DNA of 64,000 nt, from NCBI GenBank assembly GCA_910586365.1, contig CAJUGP010000007.1, positions 1,157 through 65,156 of the forward strand. Reading direction: 5' to 3'. The translations under genes and the position numbers were made by a program. Numbering within the stretch: the first letter of the stretch is position 1; each line of letters starts with the position of its first letter. Of the stretch, positions 44,976-53,262 are shown in pieces. The notes beneath the pieces were generated by a model. That model searched no databases, had not been told where the DNA came from, and worked only from the letters and a program-made list of their open reading frames with translations. This stretch comes from an uncultured Christensenella sp. Lineage in GTDB: Bacteria > Bacillota > Clostridia > Christensenellales > Borkfalkiaceae.

Positions 44976-46873
44976 AATCATTACAGGAACGAACGGACCG
45001 TATCGAACAAAAGCTCCATCGGGAACGCGCCGCCAAAGCGCGCCGTAAAAAAATGACGCTTGCTTTCGGCTCGTGCGCCGCGGCGTTTATTCTCGTTCTC
45101 TCGCTCGTGCTCTTTTTGCCCTTCCCCACGCAGAATATTGCAAAATATAAAGACAGCGAATATTATTCGGTCATCTGCAAGTTAGACGCTATTCATAAAA
45201 AAACGCGTGTCTATCATAATAATTTCGAGATTCTCGCCGATTCGGTCAAAGAATTCTTCGGCATGTTCAAGGGATTCGGCGCGGCAGGAGAGGACGCCGT
45301 ACCGCCGACTGCGGAAGCCCCCGATCGCTATGAGGAAGTGACGAACAACCAAACGCAAGGCGTGATCGAAGGCGATCTTTTCAAGCGCAGCGACTCGAAA
45401 ATCTACTATTTGACGACCGTTCGTGACGGTTATCGGCTCGACGTTTACCCGATCGCGGGCATGGCGACGCAAAAAAGCGCTTCGCTCACCGTCGTCCCCG
45501 AACAGGGCATGAGCTTTTTGGGCTACGGGGATGAACGCGAGCTCTATCTGAACGCAAACGCGACGCGCGCGCTCGTCGTATCGCCATGTTACAGCTATGC
45601 CGACCGCGTGCTCTACACCGTGATGATCGGCATCGATTTGACGGGCGGAACGCCTGCGGAAACGGGACGCGTTTACGTTTCGGGCAACTACGTTTCTTCC
45701 CGCCTTGTCGAAAACAAGCTGCTGCTCGTCACGAATTTTCAGCCGCAGCGCGACAGAAACGGCACGTTCGATTTCGGCAACGAAAAGACCTTTCTTCCGC
45801 ACACGGGAACGGCAGACGCCCTCTCGCCCGTACCCATGGACAAAATCATCGTATCCGATGAAGGGAGGGAAGCGCGCTACACCGTGCTTGCCGCGATCGA
45901 TTACGATACGCTCGAAGTGCAAGACACCGCGTCGCTCATGTCGTACTCGGAAGAAGTTTACGTTTCCGAACAACACGTTTATGCCACGCTTTCGCATCAA
46001 GCGCCGCACCGTGTGACTTCGCCGAGCGGAAAAACCGTCGAGCTTTCCCGCACCGAAACGATCATAAGCTGTTTGGAATACCGCGGCGGATTGCGCCTGA
46101 TCGGCACGGTAAACGTAAACGGAGAAGTGAACGACCGCTATTCGATGGACGAATACGAAGGCGTGCTGCGCGTGTTTACTTCCACCGTAAAGCACACTTG
46201 GCCCGCCGAAGAGCCGTGGAACGGAAAATATATTTCGTCTCTTCCCAATTCCAGCCTGTACTGCTATTCGCTCGCCGATTTCTCGCTGCTTGCAAGCGTG
46301 GAAAACTTCGCGCCCGATAACGAAACGGTGCAGTCCGCGCGTTTTCAAGGGGACGTCGCTTATGCGTGCACCGCGATCATCGTCAACTTTACCGACCCCG
46401 TATACGCGTTCGATCTGAGCGATTATAACAATATCACTTACACCGATACGGGCACGATTTCGGGCTATTCGCTCTTCCTGACGCCCTTCACGGACGATAC
46501 CATGGTGGGCATCGGCTACGGCGATTGGCGCGAAATTTTGAAAATCGAATTGTATCGGCAAGGCGATAACAAGGTCGATTCGGTTGCGAAAGTCGAATTG
46601 GAGGGCGTTGAATTTTCAAACAAATTCAAATCGTATTTTATCGACAAGGAAAACGGTTTGATCGGCATCACGGTGCTAACTTTTTATAATAACCGATACC
46701 AATCGGTGTTCCTGCTGTTCCGTTACGACGGATACGATCTTGTGCGCATTTCCGAAACGGTGTTGACCGATCAGGACGGATTTTATGAAGAACGCGTCGC
46801 GCTGATCGACGGCATTCTCTATCTCTTCGCCCCCTCTTCGGGATTACACCTATTAGAATTAAGCGAGTTATAA
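44972..46873 (+). CDS. Single-pass membrane protein with extracytoplasmic beta-propeller domain (PF09826-like); candidate anti-sigma partner
   Basis: 633 aa. ATGA overlap with the sigma gene. Short cytoplasmic N-terminus, then TM helix AFGSCAAAFILVLSLVLFLPF. YEEVTNNQTQGVIEGDLFKRSDSKIYYL resembles the beta_propel family start. Confidence 0.65.
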   Translation: MKSLQERTDRIEQKLHRERAAKARRKKMTLAFGSCAAAFILVLSLVLFLPFPTQNIAKYKDSEYYSVICKLDAIHKKTRVYHNNFEILADSVKEFFGMFKGFGAAGEDAVPPTAEAPDRYEEVTNNQTQGVIEGDLFKRSDSKIYYLTTVRDGYRLDVYPIAGMATQKSASLTVVPEQGMSFLGYGDERELYLNANATRALVVSPCYSYADRVLYTVMIGIDLTGGTPAETGRVYVSGNYVSSRLVENKLLLVTNFQPQRDRNGTFDFGNEKTFLPHTGTADALSPVPMDKIIVSDEGREARYTVLAAIDYDTLEVQDTASLMSYSEEVYVSEQHVYATLSHQAPHRVTSPSGKTVELSRTETIISCLEYRGGLRLIGTVNVNGEVNDRYSMDEYEGVLRVFTSTVKHTWPAEEPWNGKYISSLPNSSLYCYSLADFSLLASVENFAPDNETVQSARFQGDVAYACTAIIVNFTDPVYAFDLSDYNNITYTDTGTISGYSLFLTPFTDDTMVGIGYGDWREILKIELYRQGDNKVDSVAKVELEGVEFSNKFKSYFIDKENGLIGITVLTFYNNRYQSVFLLFRYDGYDLVRISETVLTDQDGFYEERVALIDGILYLFAPSSGLHLLELSEL

Positions 46874-46876
46874 ACG

Positions 46877-46907
46877 AAAACGACGCGTTCCGCGTCGTTT
46901 TTTCTTT
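46877..46907 (+). terminator. Rho-independent terminator
   Basis: CGACGCG-ttc-CGCGTCG followed by TTTTTTCTTT. Confidence 0.75.
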
Positions 46908-46924
46908 TCGGTTCAATCCCCCCT

Positions 46925-47085
46925 TTGAAAAGAGATGGTTCGACTTCGCTCACCATGACAACAACGATCGCTCCATGACAACAACGATCGCTCCATGACA
47001 ACAACCTGCAAATTGTCATTCCGCCCCGCCTTAGGCGGCACGAGCGCACGGCGCGATGTAGCTTGCCAAGGAATCTCTTAGCGCG
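46925..47085. repeat. Intergenic repeat cluster of the dispersed family, including a 20-21-nt tandem
   Basis: GGTTCGACTTCGCTCACCATGACAACAACGA, then TCGCTCCATGACAACAACGA, then TCGCTCCATGACAACAACC, then TTGTCATTCCG...CAAGGAATCTC. Confidence 0.6.
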
Positions 47086-47550
47086 TTAAATCTCTTCGAG
47101 CAAGACTTCCGCCGTATATTCGTCGGGCGTGCTTGTAAGATAGCGGTAACTTTCCGAAGCGCGTACGCGCGCGAAAAATTCTTCGACCGCCGCCGTCTCT
47201 TCAAATAATTGCGGTTCGGCGCGGTCGATCTGTTCGCAAATCGCTCCGTTCGTCTGGTTCGGCGCAAACGTATACGACAGCACAAACTGCAGCGTCGTAC
47301 CCTCGTCGTCGCAGGCGTTGAAGCTGCGCATAAACGTAACCGTAAACGTATCCTCGCCCGTATACCCGTATACGCCGCTTACCATTTCCGCGCCGTCCTC
47401 GCCCAGCACGGGCAAACAGCATTTTTCAAAGAGCGCCACGCCGTCGGCGGGGCAAAGCTCCGCGGCAAACGCCAACTCCTCTAAAATCGCCGCCGCACGG
47501 TCGCGGTAAACGGCGTTTTCGATCAAATCGAGTAATTCTTCACCGCGCAT
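47086..47550 (-). CDS. Hypothetical acidic protein overlapping the leuA 3' end
   Basis: Start at ATG 47550 (MRGEELLDLIENAVYRDR) inside track ORF 47086..47688. GGAGG lies 8 nt upstream, inside leuA. 11-nt overlap with the leuA stop. 154 aa. Confidence 0.6.
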   Translation of the reverse strand: MRGEELLDLIENAVYRDRAAAILEELAFAAELCPADGVALFEKCCLPVLGEDGAEMVSGVYGYTGEDTFTVTFMRSFNACDDEGTTLQFVLSYTFAPNQTNGAICEQIDRAEPQLFEETAAVEEFFARVRASESYRYLTSTPDEYTAEVLLEEI

Positions 47551-49207
47551 CGTTTTTCGCCTCCAAAAGGTGATTGACCGCCGATACGAGCGCGTAAACG
47601 GAAGAGGTCGCGCTGTCGGAATGCTCGCCCGCGCCCCAATAATTCTTCCCGTTCCGCTCGACCCCGACGTACGAAACCGCTTGCGCAAACGACCCCTGTG
47701 AAAGCGCGTGCTGCTCGTATTCGGAAAGATTGTATTCGATCCCGAAGTGTTTTTTCAACGCGTTGGATACGGCGTCGAGCCGCCCGTTCCCCGCCGCTTC
47801 GACGAACGAATGCGCGTTCCCCTCGATAATCTCCACGCACGCCGAAATGCCGCCTTCCTGCTTGAAATGCACTTCGCCCACGCCGAACACGCCGCGCGCG
47901 TTTATAAAATGCTGCACGAACAACTCAAAGAGGTCGGCTGCTTTGAGTTCTTTGTGCCTTTCGTCCGAAACGCGTTTGGCGATTTCGCGCACGCCGTCGC
48001 GCATGTTCGCGGGCAGCTTCAAGCCGTAACCGCTTTCGAGCATGTACCCGATGCCCCCTCTTCCCGACTGCGAATTGATGCGGATAACGTCGGCGTCGTA
48101 TTCGCGCCCCACGTCTTTGGGATCGACGGGAAGGTAGGGCACGTTCCACTCGGTCAACCCCGTTTCCTTGCGGAAATTCATGCCTTTTGCGATCGCGTCC
48201 TGATGCGAACCCGAAAACGCCGCGAACACCAATTCCCCCGCGTACGGCTGACGGGGCGAAATCTTCATGCCCGTAAATTTTTCGTACGCGGCGGAAAGAT
48301 AGGGCATATTCGCAAAATCCAACCCCGTTTGCACCCCTTGCGAATACATGTTCATGGCGAGCGTGACAAGATCGCAGTTGCCCGTGCGCTCGCCGTTTCC
48401 GAACAACGTGCCTTCCACGCGATCGGCGCCCGCAAGCAATCCGAATTCCGCCGCCGCCACGCCCGTTCCTCTATCGTTATGCGGGTGCAGCGAAAGCACG
48501 ACCGCATCGCGGTAGCGCATGTTCTGCGCGATATAGGCGACCTGCTGCGCATAGATATGCGGCATGGCGTTTTCCACCGTGGCGGGAAGATTGACGATCG
48601 CCTTGCGTTCGGGCACGGGCTTCCACACGTCGAGCACGGCATTGACGACTTCGAGCGCGTATTCGGGTTCGGTGCCCGTGAAGCTTTCGGGCGAATACTC
48701 GAAGCGGTACGCCGCGCCCTCTTCTTCCGCCAAACGCTTCAAAAGCGCCGCGCCTTCGACGGCGATCTTTTTGATCTCCTCTTTCCCCTTCCGGAACACC
48801 TGTTCGCGCTGCGCGGGCGAAGTGGAATTATAGACGTGCACGATCACGTTTTTCGCGCCGCGCACCGCCTCGAACGTGCGCTTGATGATATGCGGACGCG
48901 CCTGCGTCAGCACCTGAACGGTCACGTCGTCGGGGATCCTGCCGCCCTCGACGAGCGCGCGCAAAAATTCGTATTCCGTTTCACTTGCCGCGGGAAACCC
49001 GACTTCGATTTCCTTAAAGCCGATTGCAACGAGCAAATCGAAGAAATCGAGCTTGGTCTGCAAATTCATCGGCTCGACGAGCGCCTGATTGCCGTCGCGC
49101 AGATCAACGCTGCACCACACGGGCGCGCGTTCCACGGCGTCTTTTTCCAACCAACTAAAATCTTTTTTCGGGGGCATGAAGAACTGTTTGCGATATTTTG
49201 CGCTCAT
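47540..49207 (-). CDS. leuA: 2-isopropylmalate synthase (long form)
   Basis: Start at ATG 49207 (MSAKYRKQFFMPP), RBS GAAGGAGGTTTAT. VDLRDGNQA, LSLHPHNDRGTGVAAAE, and a C-terminal LeuA dimerisation/regulatory region. Confidence 0.9.
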   Translation of the reverse strand: MSAKYRKQFFMPPKKDFSWLEKDAVERAPVWCSVDLRDGNQALVEPMNLQTKLDFFDLLVAIGFKEIEVGFPAASETEYEFLRALVEGGRIPDDVTVQVLTQARPHIIKRTFEAVRGAKNVIVHVYNSTSPAQREQVFRKGKEEIKKIAVEGAALLKRLAEEEGAAYRFEYSPESFTGTEPEYALEVVNAVLDVWKPVPERKAIVNLPATVENAMPHIYAQQVAYIAQNMRYRDAVVLSLHPHNDRGTGVAAAEFGLLAGADRVEGTLFGNGERTGNCDLVTLAMNMYSQGVQTGLDFANMPYLSAAYEKFTGMKISPRQPYAGELVFAAFSGSHQDAIAKGMNFRKETGLTEWNVPYLPVDPKDVGREYDADVIRINSQSGRGGIGYMLESGYGLKLPANMRDGVREIAKRVSDERHKELKAADLFELFVQHFINARGVFGVGEVHFKQEGGISACVEIIEGNAHSFVEAAGNGRLDAVSNALKKHFGIEYNLSEYEQHALSQGSFAQAVSYVGVERNGKNYWGAGEHSDSATSSVYALVSAVNHLLEAKNDAR

Positions 49208-49220
49208 ATAAACCTCCTTC

Positions 49221-49450
49221 AAAACAAAAACAGGCATCTCTTTTTAAGAGACGCCTGCGCGCGGTACCACTCTACTTGCGGGCAAAGCCCGCCGCTTTTT
49301 TCCGTATAACGGCGGATGCCCGTTCTTTTCTACTCGCTTTCAAAAAGACCGCTCCGCGACGAGTTCACGCGCTGTCCGCACCGCCTCGCACCGAACGGCG
49401 GCTCTCTGAAACGGATTACACGCGCTACTGCTTCGCATCACAGCGTTGTA
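49221..49450 (-). promoter_or_regulatory. T-box leader, probable Leu (CUC) specifier, with terminator
   Basis: Minus strand: TGATGCGAAGCAGTAGCG (GA/K-turn-like), CAGAGAGC (AG bay), GTGAA-CUC-G specifier (CUC = 49363-49361), T-box core AGTAGAGTGGTACCGCG (49261-49277), terminator CAGGCGTCTCTT-aaaa-AGAGATGCCTG plus TTTTTGTTTT. Confidence 0.8.
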
Positions 49451-49484
49451 TTATTATCATAATAACAGACCGCGGCAAACTGTG

Positions 49485-49859
49485 TCAAGCGTTTTCGCGG
49501 CATTTGTCGCATACGCCGAAAAACTCCGCCTCGCACCCGTCGATCGTAAACCCCTCTATTTTTGCGCTGCGCAATTCCTGCGGCAAAGGCAAAAACACGT
49601 CGCGGACGGCGCCGCACGCGCGGCAGCGCGCATGAAAATGCGCCTCGGTACGAAAATCGTAACGCACGTCGCTGTCCGAAAGCTGAATTTTTTTGATTTT
49701 GCCGTTTCGGGCAAATTCGCCGAGCACGCGAAAAACCGTTCCGCGGCTTATAGACGGATGCGTTTCGCCCGTCCGCTCAAACACTTCGGTCGCGGAAGGA
49801 TGATCGAGCGCGCAAAGCGCGTCGTATACGGCTTGTTTCTGCCAGGTGTTACGCGACAT
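49485..49859 (-). CDS. Fur family transcriptional regulator (Fur/PerR/Zur type not resolved)
   Basis: 124 aa. Winged HTH (ISRGTVFRVLGEF), HFHARCRACG and CDKC metal sites. Confidence 0.85.
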   Translation of the reverse strand: MSRNTWQKQAVYDALCALDHPSATEVFERTGETHPSISRGTVFRVLGEFARNGKIKKIQLSDSDVRYDFRTEAHFHARCRACGAVRDVFLPLPQELRSAKIEGFTIDGCEAEFFGVCDKCRENA

Positions 49860-49876
49860 GGTTCAAAAAACGAGCT

Positions 49877-50665
49877 TTACTCGTTCCCCTCGCCGCCTTC
49901 GAGCGCGGCGGCTTCGTCGCTGTCCTCGAAATCCTCGTATTGGCTGCAAAATTCCGCGAACACTTCGTCGAGGAACTGCTCGTCCTCGATCGCTTCGAGC
50001 CGTTCGTCGTCCTCTTCGCCGACGATATGATAGATCGCAACCTCTTCGCCTTCCTCGTCGTCGTAAGCCTCTTCGCTCTCGAGCTCGGGCGTCAGCGCGC
50101 AATACCATTCCCCTTTGTATTCAAAGGTCATCAGGTGCTCGTAGCGGCTGGTATGCCCCTCTTCGTCCACAAGCTCGACGATGTTGTCGTCCTCTTCGTA
50201 ATTGTTTTCTTCTTCCTTGTAATCCATTTTGTTACGCTCCTTTTTTAATTTTGCAAGATAACTTTCGAGAATGTACGCCGCCGCGATCGAATCGATCTGC
50301 TTTTTTTTCTTGTCGCTCCGCGTCGTAACGCCGATCCCGACAAGATCGCTTCGCGCCTGCATCGTGGTGTAACGCTCGTCTTCCGTGCACACGGGAATCT
50401 TTGTTGCCGCCTGCAACGCGGCAATAAATTTGCACGTTTTTTCCGTCTGCACGCTTTTCGACCCGTCGGCGTTGAGCGGCAGACCGCAAACGATCTGCGT
50501 TACCGCCTGTATCCCTGCAAGGTTTACGATCGCCTCGACGTCGCGCGCCCGATCTCCCGTGCGGAAATACGTATCCGACGGCGTGGCGTATTCGAGAAAG
50601 GGATCGCTGTAAGCAACGCCGATCCGCTTATCCCCGATATCGAGCGCCATAATTCTCGTATCCAT
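49877..50665 (-). CDS. ruvX: RuvX (YqgF) putative Holliday-junction resolvase / pre-16S nuclease fused in frame to a DUF1292 domain
   Basis: Single 262-aa track ORF. aa 1-146: MALDIGDKRIGVA...GLPLNADGS...DERYTT...AAAYILESYL. aa 147-262: MDYKEEENN..VELVDEEGHTSRYEHLMTFEYKGEWYCAL..IYHIVGEEDDERLEAIEDE (DUF1292). There is no stop between them. An internal AAGGAG lies 9 nt before ATG 50227. Confidence 0.8.
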   Translation of the reverse strand: MDTRIMALDIGDKRIGVAYSDPFLEYATPSDTYFRTGDRARDVEAIVNLAGIQAVTQIVCGLPLNADGSKSVQTEKTCKFIAALQAATKIPVCTEDERYTTMQARSDLVGIGVTTRSDKKKKQIDSIAAAYILESYLAKLKKERNKMDYKEEENNYEEDDNIVELVDEEGHTSRYEHLMTFEYKGEWYCALTPELESEEAYDDEEGEEVAIYHIVGEEDDERLEAIEDEQFLDEVFAEFCSQYEDFEDSDEAAALEGGEGNE

Positions 50666-50739
50666 ATTTTGATTATACCATACTTTTTTTAAAATGTAAA
50701 TGATTTCAAGGAAAAACCTTTGTTAGCGTGCCGAACGCG

Positions 50740-50767
50740 AAAAAACACGGTTGCATTGCAACCGTGT
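50740..50767 (-). terminator. Rho-independent (bidirectional) terminator
   Basis: 10-bp stem ACACGGTTGC-att-GCAACCGTGT flanked by an A-run and a T-run. Confidence 0.65.
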
Positions 50768-50789
50768 TTTCCCTTGCAAAGAATCAATC

Positions 50790-50987
50790 TTATTTGCTCT
50801 TCGCGGACTTTTTGCTTTCTTCGTCGCCGCCCTTCTGCGCGAGCTTCTCGTCCATCATTTCATTGACTTTATCCATGACTTCCGCCTGACTTTTTTTGAC
50901 GAGAGAACGCGCTTTGTAGCTGTTCGCAACGATGAGCGCCCCGCCGATCATGCCGAGCGCCAAGCCGATACAAAACGTCTTTTCCAT
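50790..50987 (-). CDS. Small membrane-anchored protein (one TM helix plus charged helix), hypothetical
   Basis: 65 aa. RBS GGGAGGAATT. FCIGLALGMIGGALIVA, followed by a Lys/Glu-rich tail. Confidence 0.5.
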   Translation of the reverse strand: MEKTFCIGLALGMIGGALIVANSYKARSLVKKSQAEVMDKVNEMMDEKLAQKGGDEESKKSAKSK

Positions 50988-51041
50988 AATTCCTCCCGCG
51001 GCGCAATGCCGCTATCGTTAGTGTGTGAAAGAATTATGCCG

Positions 51042-51614
51042 TTATTCGCTCTCGCGGTTGCGTAATTTTTCCAACTCTTCTTTCAGCCGTTCGTTTTCGC
51101 GGCGCAGATCGATAGCAAGACGGGCGTACAGCGCGTCGATCTCCCGCTCTAATTTGCGCTGCAAAAAGGTCTTTTCTTCGGGAATCCCCGCCTCTTTCGC
51201 CGCTTTCATCACCCGTTCGGGCTGTTTTTTGAGCAGATTGCGGTATTTGTTCTGCATGCGCAGCATAAGCCGTTCGTCGCCGCCCGAAACGTTCATGATC
51301 GCCCTGCGCACCGAAATGCCCTTGCTCTTTTCTTCGAGCACGCGTTTCAAAAGCTCGTCCGTTTCCTCTTCGGTAAAGGGACGCACCTGCGCCGCGTCTA
51401 AATTTTTGCCGTCCAAAATGCGCTTTACGCGGCTGTCGTCGCGCTTCTTCAAAAACGAATAATAATAATTACGGACGCTTCCCTTTGCGCGGCTGTGTTC
51501 TCTGCCGTACGTTTCAAAGAGATACGAAAGTGTTTTTCCCGCATTTTTCCCCGTGTAAATGTATTCGATCAGCCCCGTGGCTTCTTCTTCGGTATAGCCG
51601 TTGATTTTGTTCAT
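51042..51614 (-). CDS. Hypothetical protein with two Myb/SANT-like (RsfA-like) repeats and C-terminal coiled coil
   Basis: 190 aa. YTEEEATGLIEYI...SVRNYYYSFLKKR and FTEEETDELLKRV...RMQNKYRNLLKK repeats. Family call is tentative. Confidence 0.45.
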   Translation of the reverse strand: MNKINGYTEEEATGLIEYIYTGKNAGKTLSYLFETYGREHSRAKGSVRNYYYSFLKKRDDSRVKRILDGKNLDAAQVRPFTEEETDELLKRVLEEKSKGISVRRAIMNVSGGDERLMLRMQNKYRNLLKKQPERVMKAAKEAGIPEEKTFLQRKLEREIDALYARLAIDLRRENERLKEELEKLRNRESE

Positions 51615-51674
51615 TCTATCACCTCGGACAAAATTGTTGACATAATCAAGCGCGTTTATACATTAAATAAAAAT

Positions 51675-52550
51675 ATGCGAGTATATTTTTTGTCCGAAAA
51701 GCCGTGCGTGCTTTTTCTCAACGAGATCGCGCTCGGCAAAGTCGATTTATTCGAGCGCGTGTGCGAAATCGACCCGAAAGACGGTATTTTCTGCGAAATG
51801 AAAGCCGCGGGCTACACAAGCGCGAGCTTCGTCTTTAACGAAGCATTTTTGCTCGATCCGCCCCCGCAGATCAAGCTTTATTACACGGAAGACGCGCTCG
51901 CCGTTTACGCCTGCGATTACGTTCGCGCCGACCCCTGCATGAAGCTGCTTGCGCAGGAGCGGTTCGCCGATTGCCGTCTGACCCTCTTTTTACAGGGAAG
52001 AGTACAGCTCGAATTTTCACGCGGGGCAAACTTTACGCTCATTCCGCTGCCCGATTATTTGGAAACGGGCGGCATTTACCGCGTCGGAGCGGATTTTTTG
52101 ATCGAATCGGACGCGGGATTCGCGCTGATCTCCAACGAGGGCAAACTCGTTACCGCCGCGCGCGGGAAAGTAACCGAAAAAGATTACGCCCTATCGGCGG
52201 AAATTCCGTTCGGCGACAGTACGGGACACACTGCCCTTTGCAAATGGGAAAACGGCGCGATGACTTCGTGCGCGATCCGCACCCGCCGCGAACCGAACGA
52301 AGCGACCTTTGCGCTCGCCCTCTTTGAAAGCGCGCTGATCGGCGCGGACTTTACCCCCTTTCTCTGCGACGCCTTGCAGGAAAAAGCAAGCGCGTTCAAG
52401 CAATTTTTGGGCGACTATACGAGCGTCGTACTGAGCGACGTTCCCGCGCGCGTCGGATTGGTCTATCCGCGAAAAGAACGCATTTTCGACGTACGTTATT
52501 TTACCGTGACCGTCGAGGACGGCAAAATCACGAATATCACCGCAGAATAA
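51675..52550 (+). CDS. Hypothetical protein
   Basis: Start at ATG 51675 (MRVYFLSEKPCVLF) inside track ORF 51495..52550; the upstream part is antisense to the neighbouring gene. No clear SD. 291 aa. Confidence 0.5.
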   Translation: MRVYFLSEKPCVLFLNEIALGKVDLFERVCEIDPKDGIFCEMKAAGYTSASFVFNEAFLLDPPPQIKLYYTEDALAVYACDYVRADPCMKLLAQERFADCRLTLFLQGRVQLEFSRGANFTLIPLPDYLETGGIYRVGADFLIESDAGFALISNEGKLVTAARGKVTEKDYALSAEIPFGDSTGHTALCKWENGAMTSCAIRTRREPNEATFALALFESALIGADFTPFLCDALQEKASAFKQFLGDYTSVVLSDVPARVGLVYPRKERIFDVRYFTVTVEDGKITNITAE

Positions 52551-52570
52551 AAAAAGAGCCGCTTTGGCGC

Positions 52571-52601
52571 AAAATAAAGGCGGAAGATTTCATCTTCCGC
52601 C
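52571..52601 (-). terminator. Rho-independent terminator (minus orientation) about 200 nt downstream of the XRE gene
   Basis: Minus strand: GGCGGAAGAT-gaa-ATCTTCCGCC followed by TTTATTTT. Confidence 0.6.
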
Positions 52602-52805
52602 TGCACGTATAACTCCTTGCACGAACCACGTCAGAAATGTGGGCTGGACCCCGTGCCGTCCTCCTTAGAGGGATGCTCGACACAATAAAAAATGTAGATA
52701 AACTACGAAAGACGATATTAATCACATGCGCTTAGTTTTCGTGTGCACATCTATTTTAGCATATTCCCAATTTTATGTTAAACTATTACCCAAAAATTAT
52801 ATAAT

Positions 52806-53129
52806 TTATATTGATTTCATTAAATTTAAGATTGACTTCTTCTGCGCACCCGTCAACGTATTCCATACTCTTATCAATTCTTTTTGTTCTTCCGTCAATG
52901 CCATAAGTTCGTCCTCGTTTAACAGAAAATCAATAACGGTTATTTCAAAAGCCGAACAAACCGCTTCCAACAATGATAATGTAGGCGATGATAACCTATC
53001 TCGCCAATTATAAATAGTCGTCGGTGCGACACCCGCTTTCTTTGCAAGTTCGTAAATCGTCCAGCCTTTCTCTAATCGCAAAGCATCAACTTTGTCATAT
53101 ATTTGTTTTCCGTCTAATAAATCTAACAT
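52806..53129 (-). CDS. XRE-family HTH protein in an AT-rich islet
   Basis: 107 aa. LRLEKGWTIYELAKKAGVAPTTIYNWRDRLSSPTLSLLEAVCSAF. Codon usage is markedly more AT-rich than in neighbouring genes. Confidence 0.8.
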   Translation of the reverse strand: MLDLLDGKQIYDKVDALRLEKGWTIYELAKKAGVAPTTIYNWRDRLSSPTLSLLEAVCSAFEITVIDFLLNEDELMALTEEQKELIRVWNTLTGAQKKSILNLMKSI

Positions 53130-53262
53130 TTCATTACCCTTTGGCTATATTATACTATACCGATAGGGTAAATATATTCCCTTATTTCTCTATAATTATT
53201 ACCTATTTGGTTGATATATAAACACATAAAAAAAGCCCGTCCCGCAGGACGAGCTTTTTTTC

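Noticed and set aside
46925-46950. tRNA-like GGTTCGA motif
   Set aside because: There is no acceptor stem or anticodon arm context. It is part of the intergenic repeat unit. No tRNA-like cloverleaf was found anywhere in the window.
4859-49309. Other long opposite-strand ORFs: 4859..6460, 9138..10268, 15785..17341, 18636..20540, 22916..24166, 31199..32470, 45182..46561 and 47708..49309
   Set aside because: Each is fully nested antisense to a gene with clear family motifs. All share the same Arg/Phe/Val-rich junk composition and lack SD sequences.
52496-52606. 36-aa hydrophobic GTG ORF (AAGGAG-N6-GTG at 52606; MQAEDEIFRLYFAPKRLFFYSAVIFVILPS...) as a type I toxin candidate
   Set aside because: The strong minus-strand terminator (52601-52571) lies inside the ORF, so a transcript would end before the ORF does. 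The 3' half is simply antisense to the convergent gene.
52700-53262. AT-rich islet as a prophage or integrative element remnant
   Set aside because: No integrase, recombinase, att-like direct repeats or tRNA target were seen. Only compositional deviation supports foreign origin, so it is kept as a low-confidence finding rather than called a mobile element.
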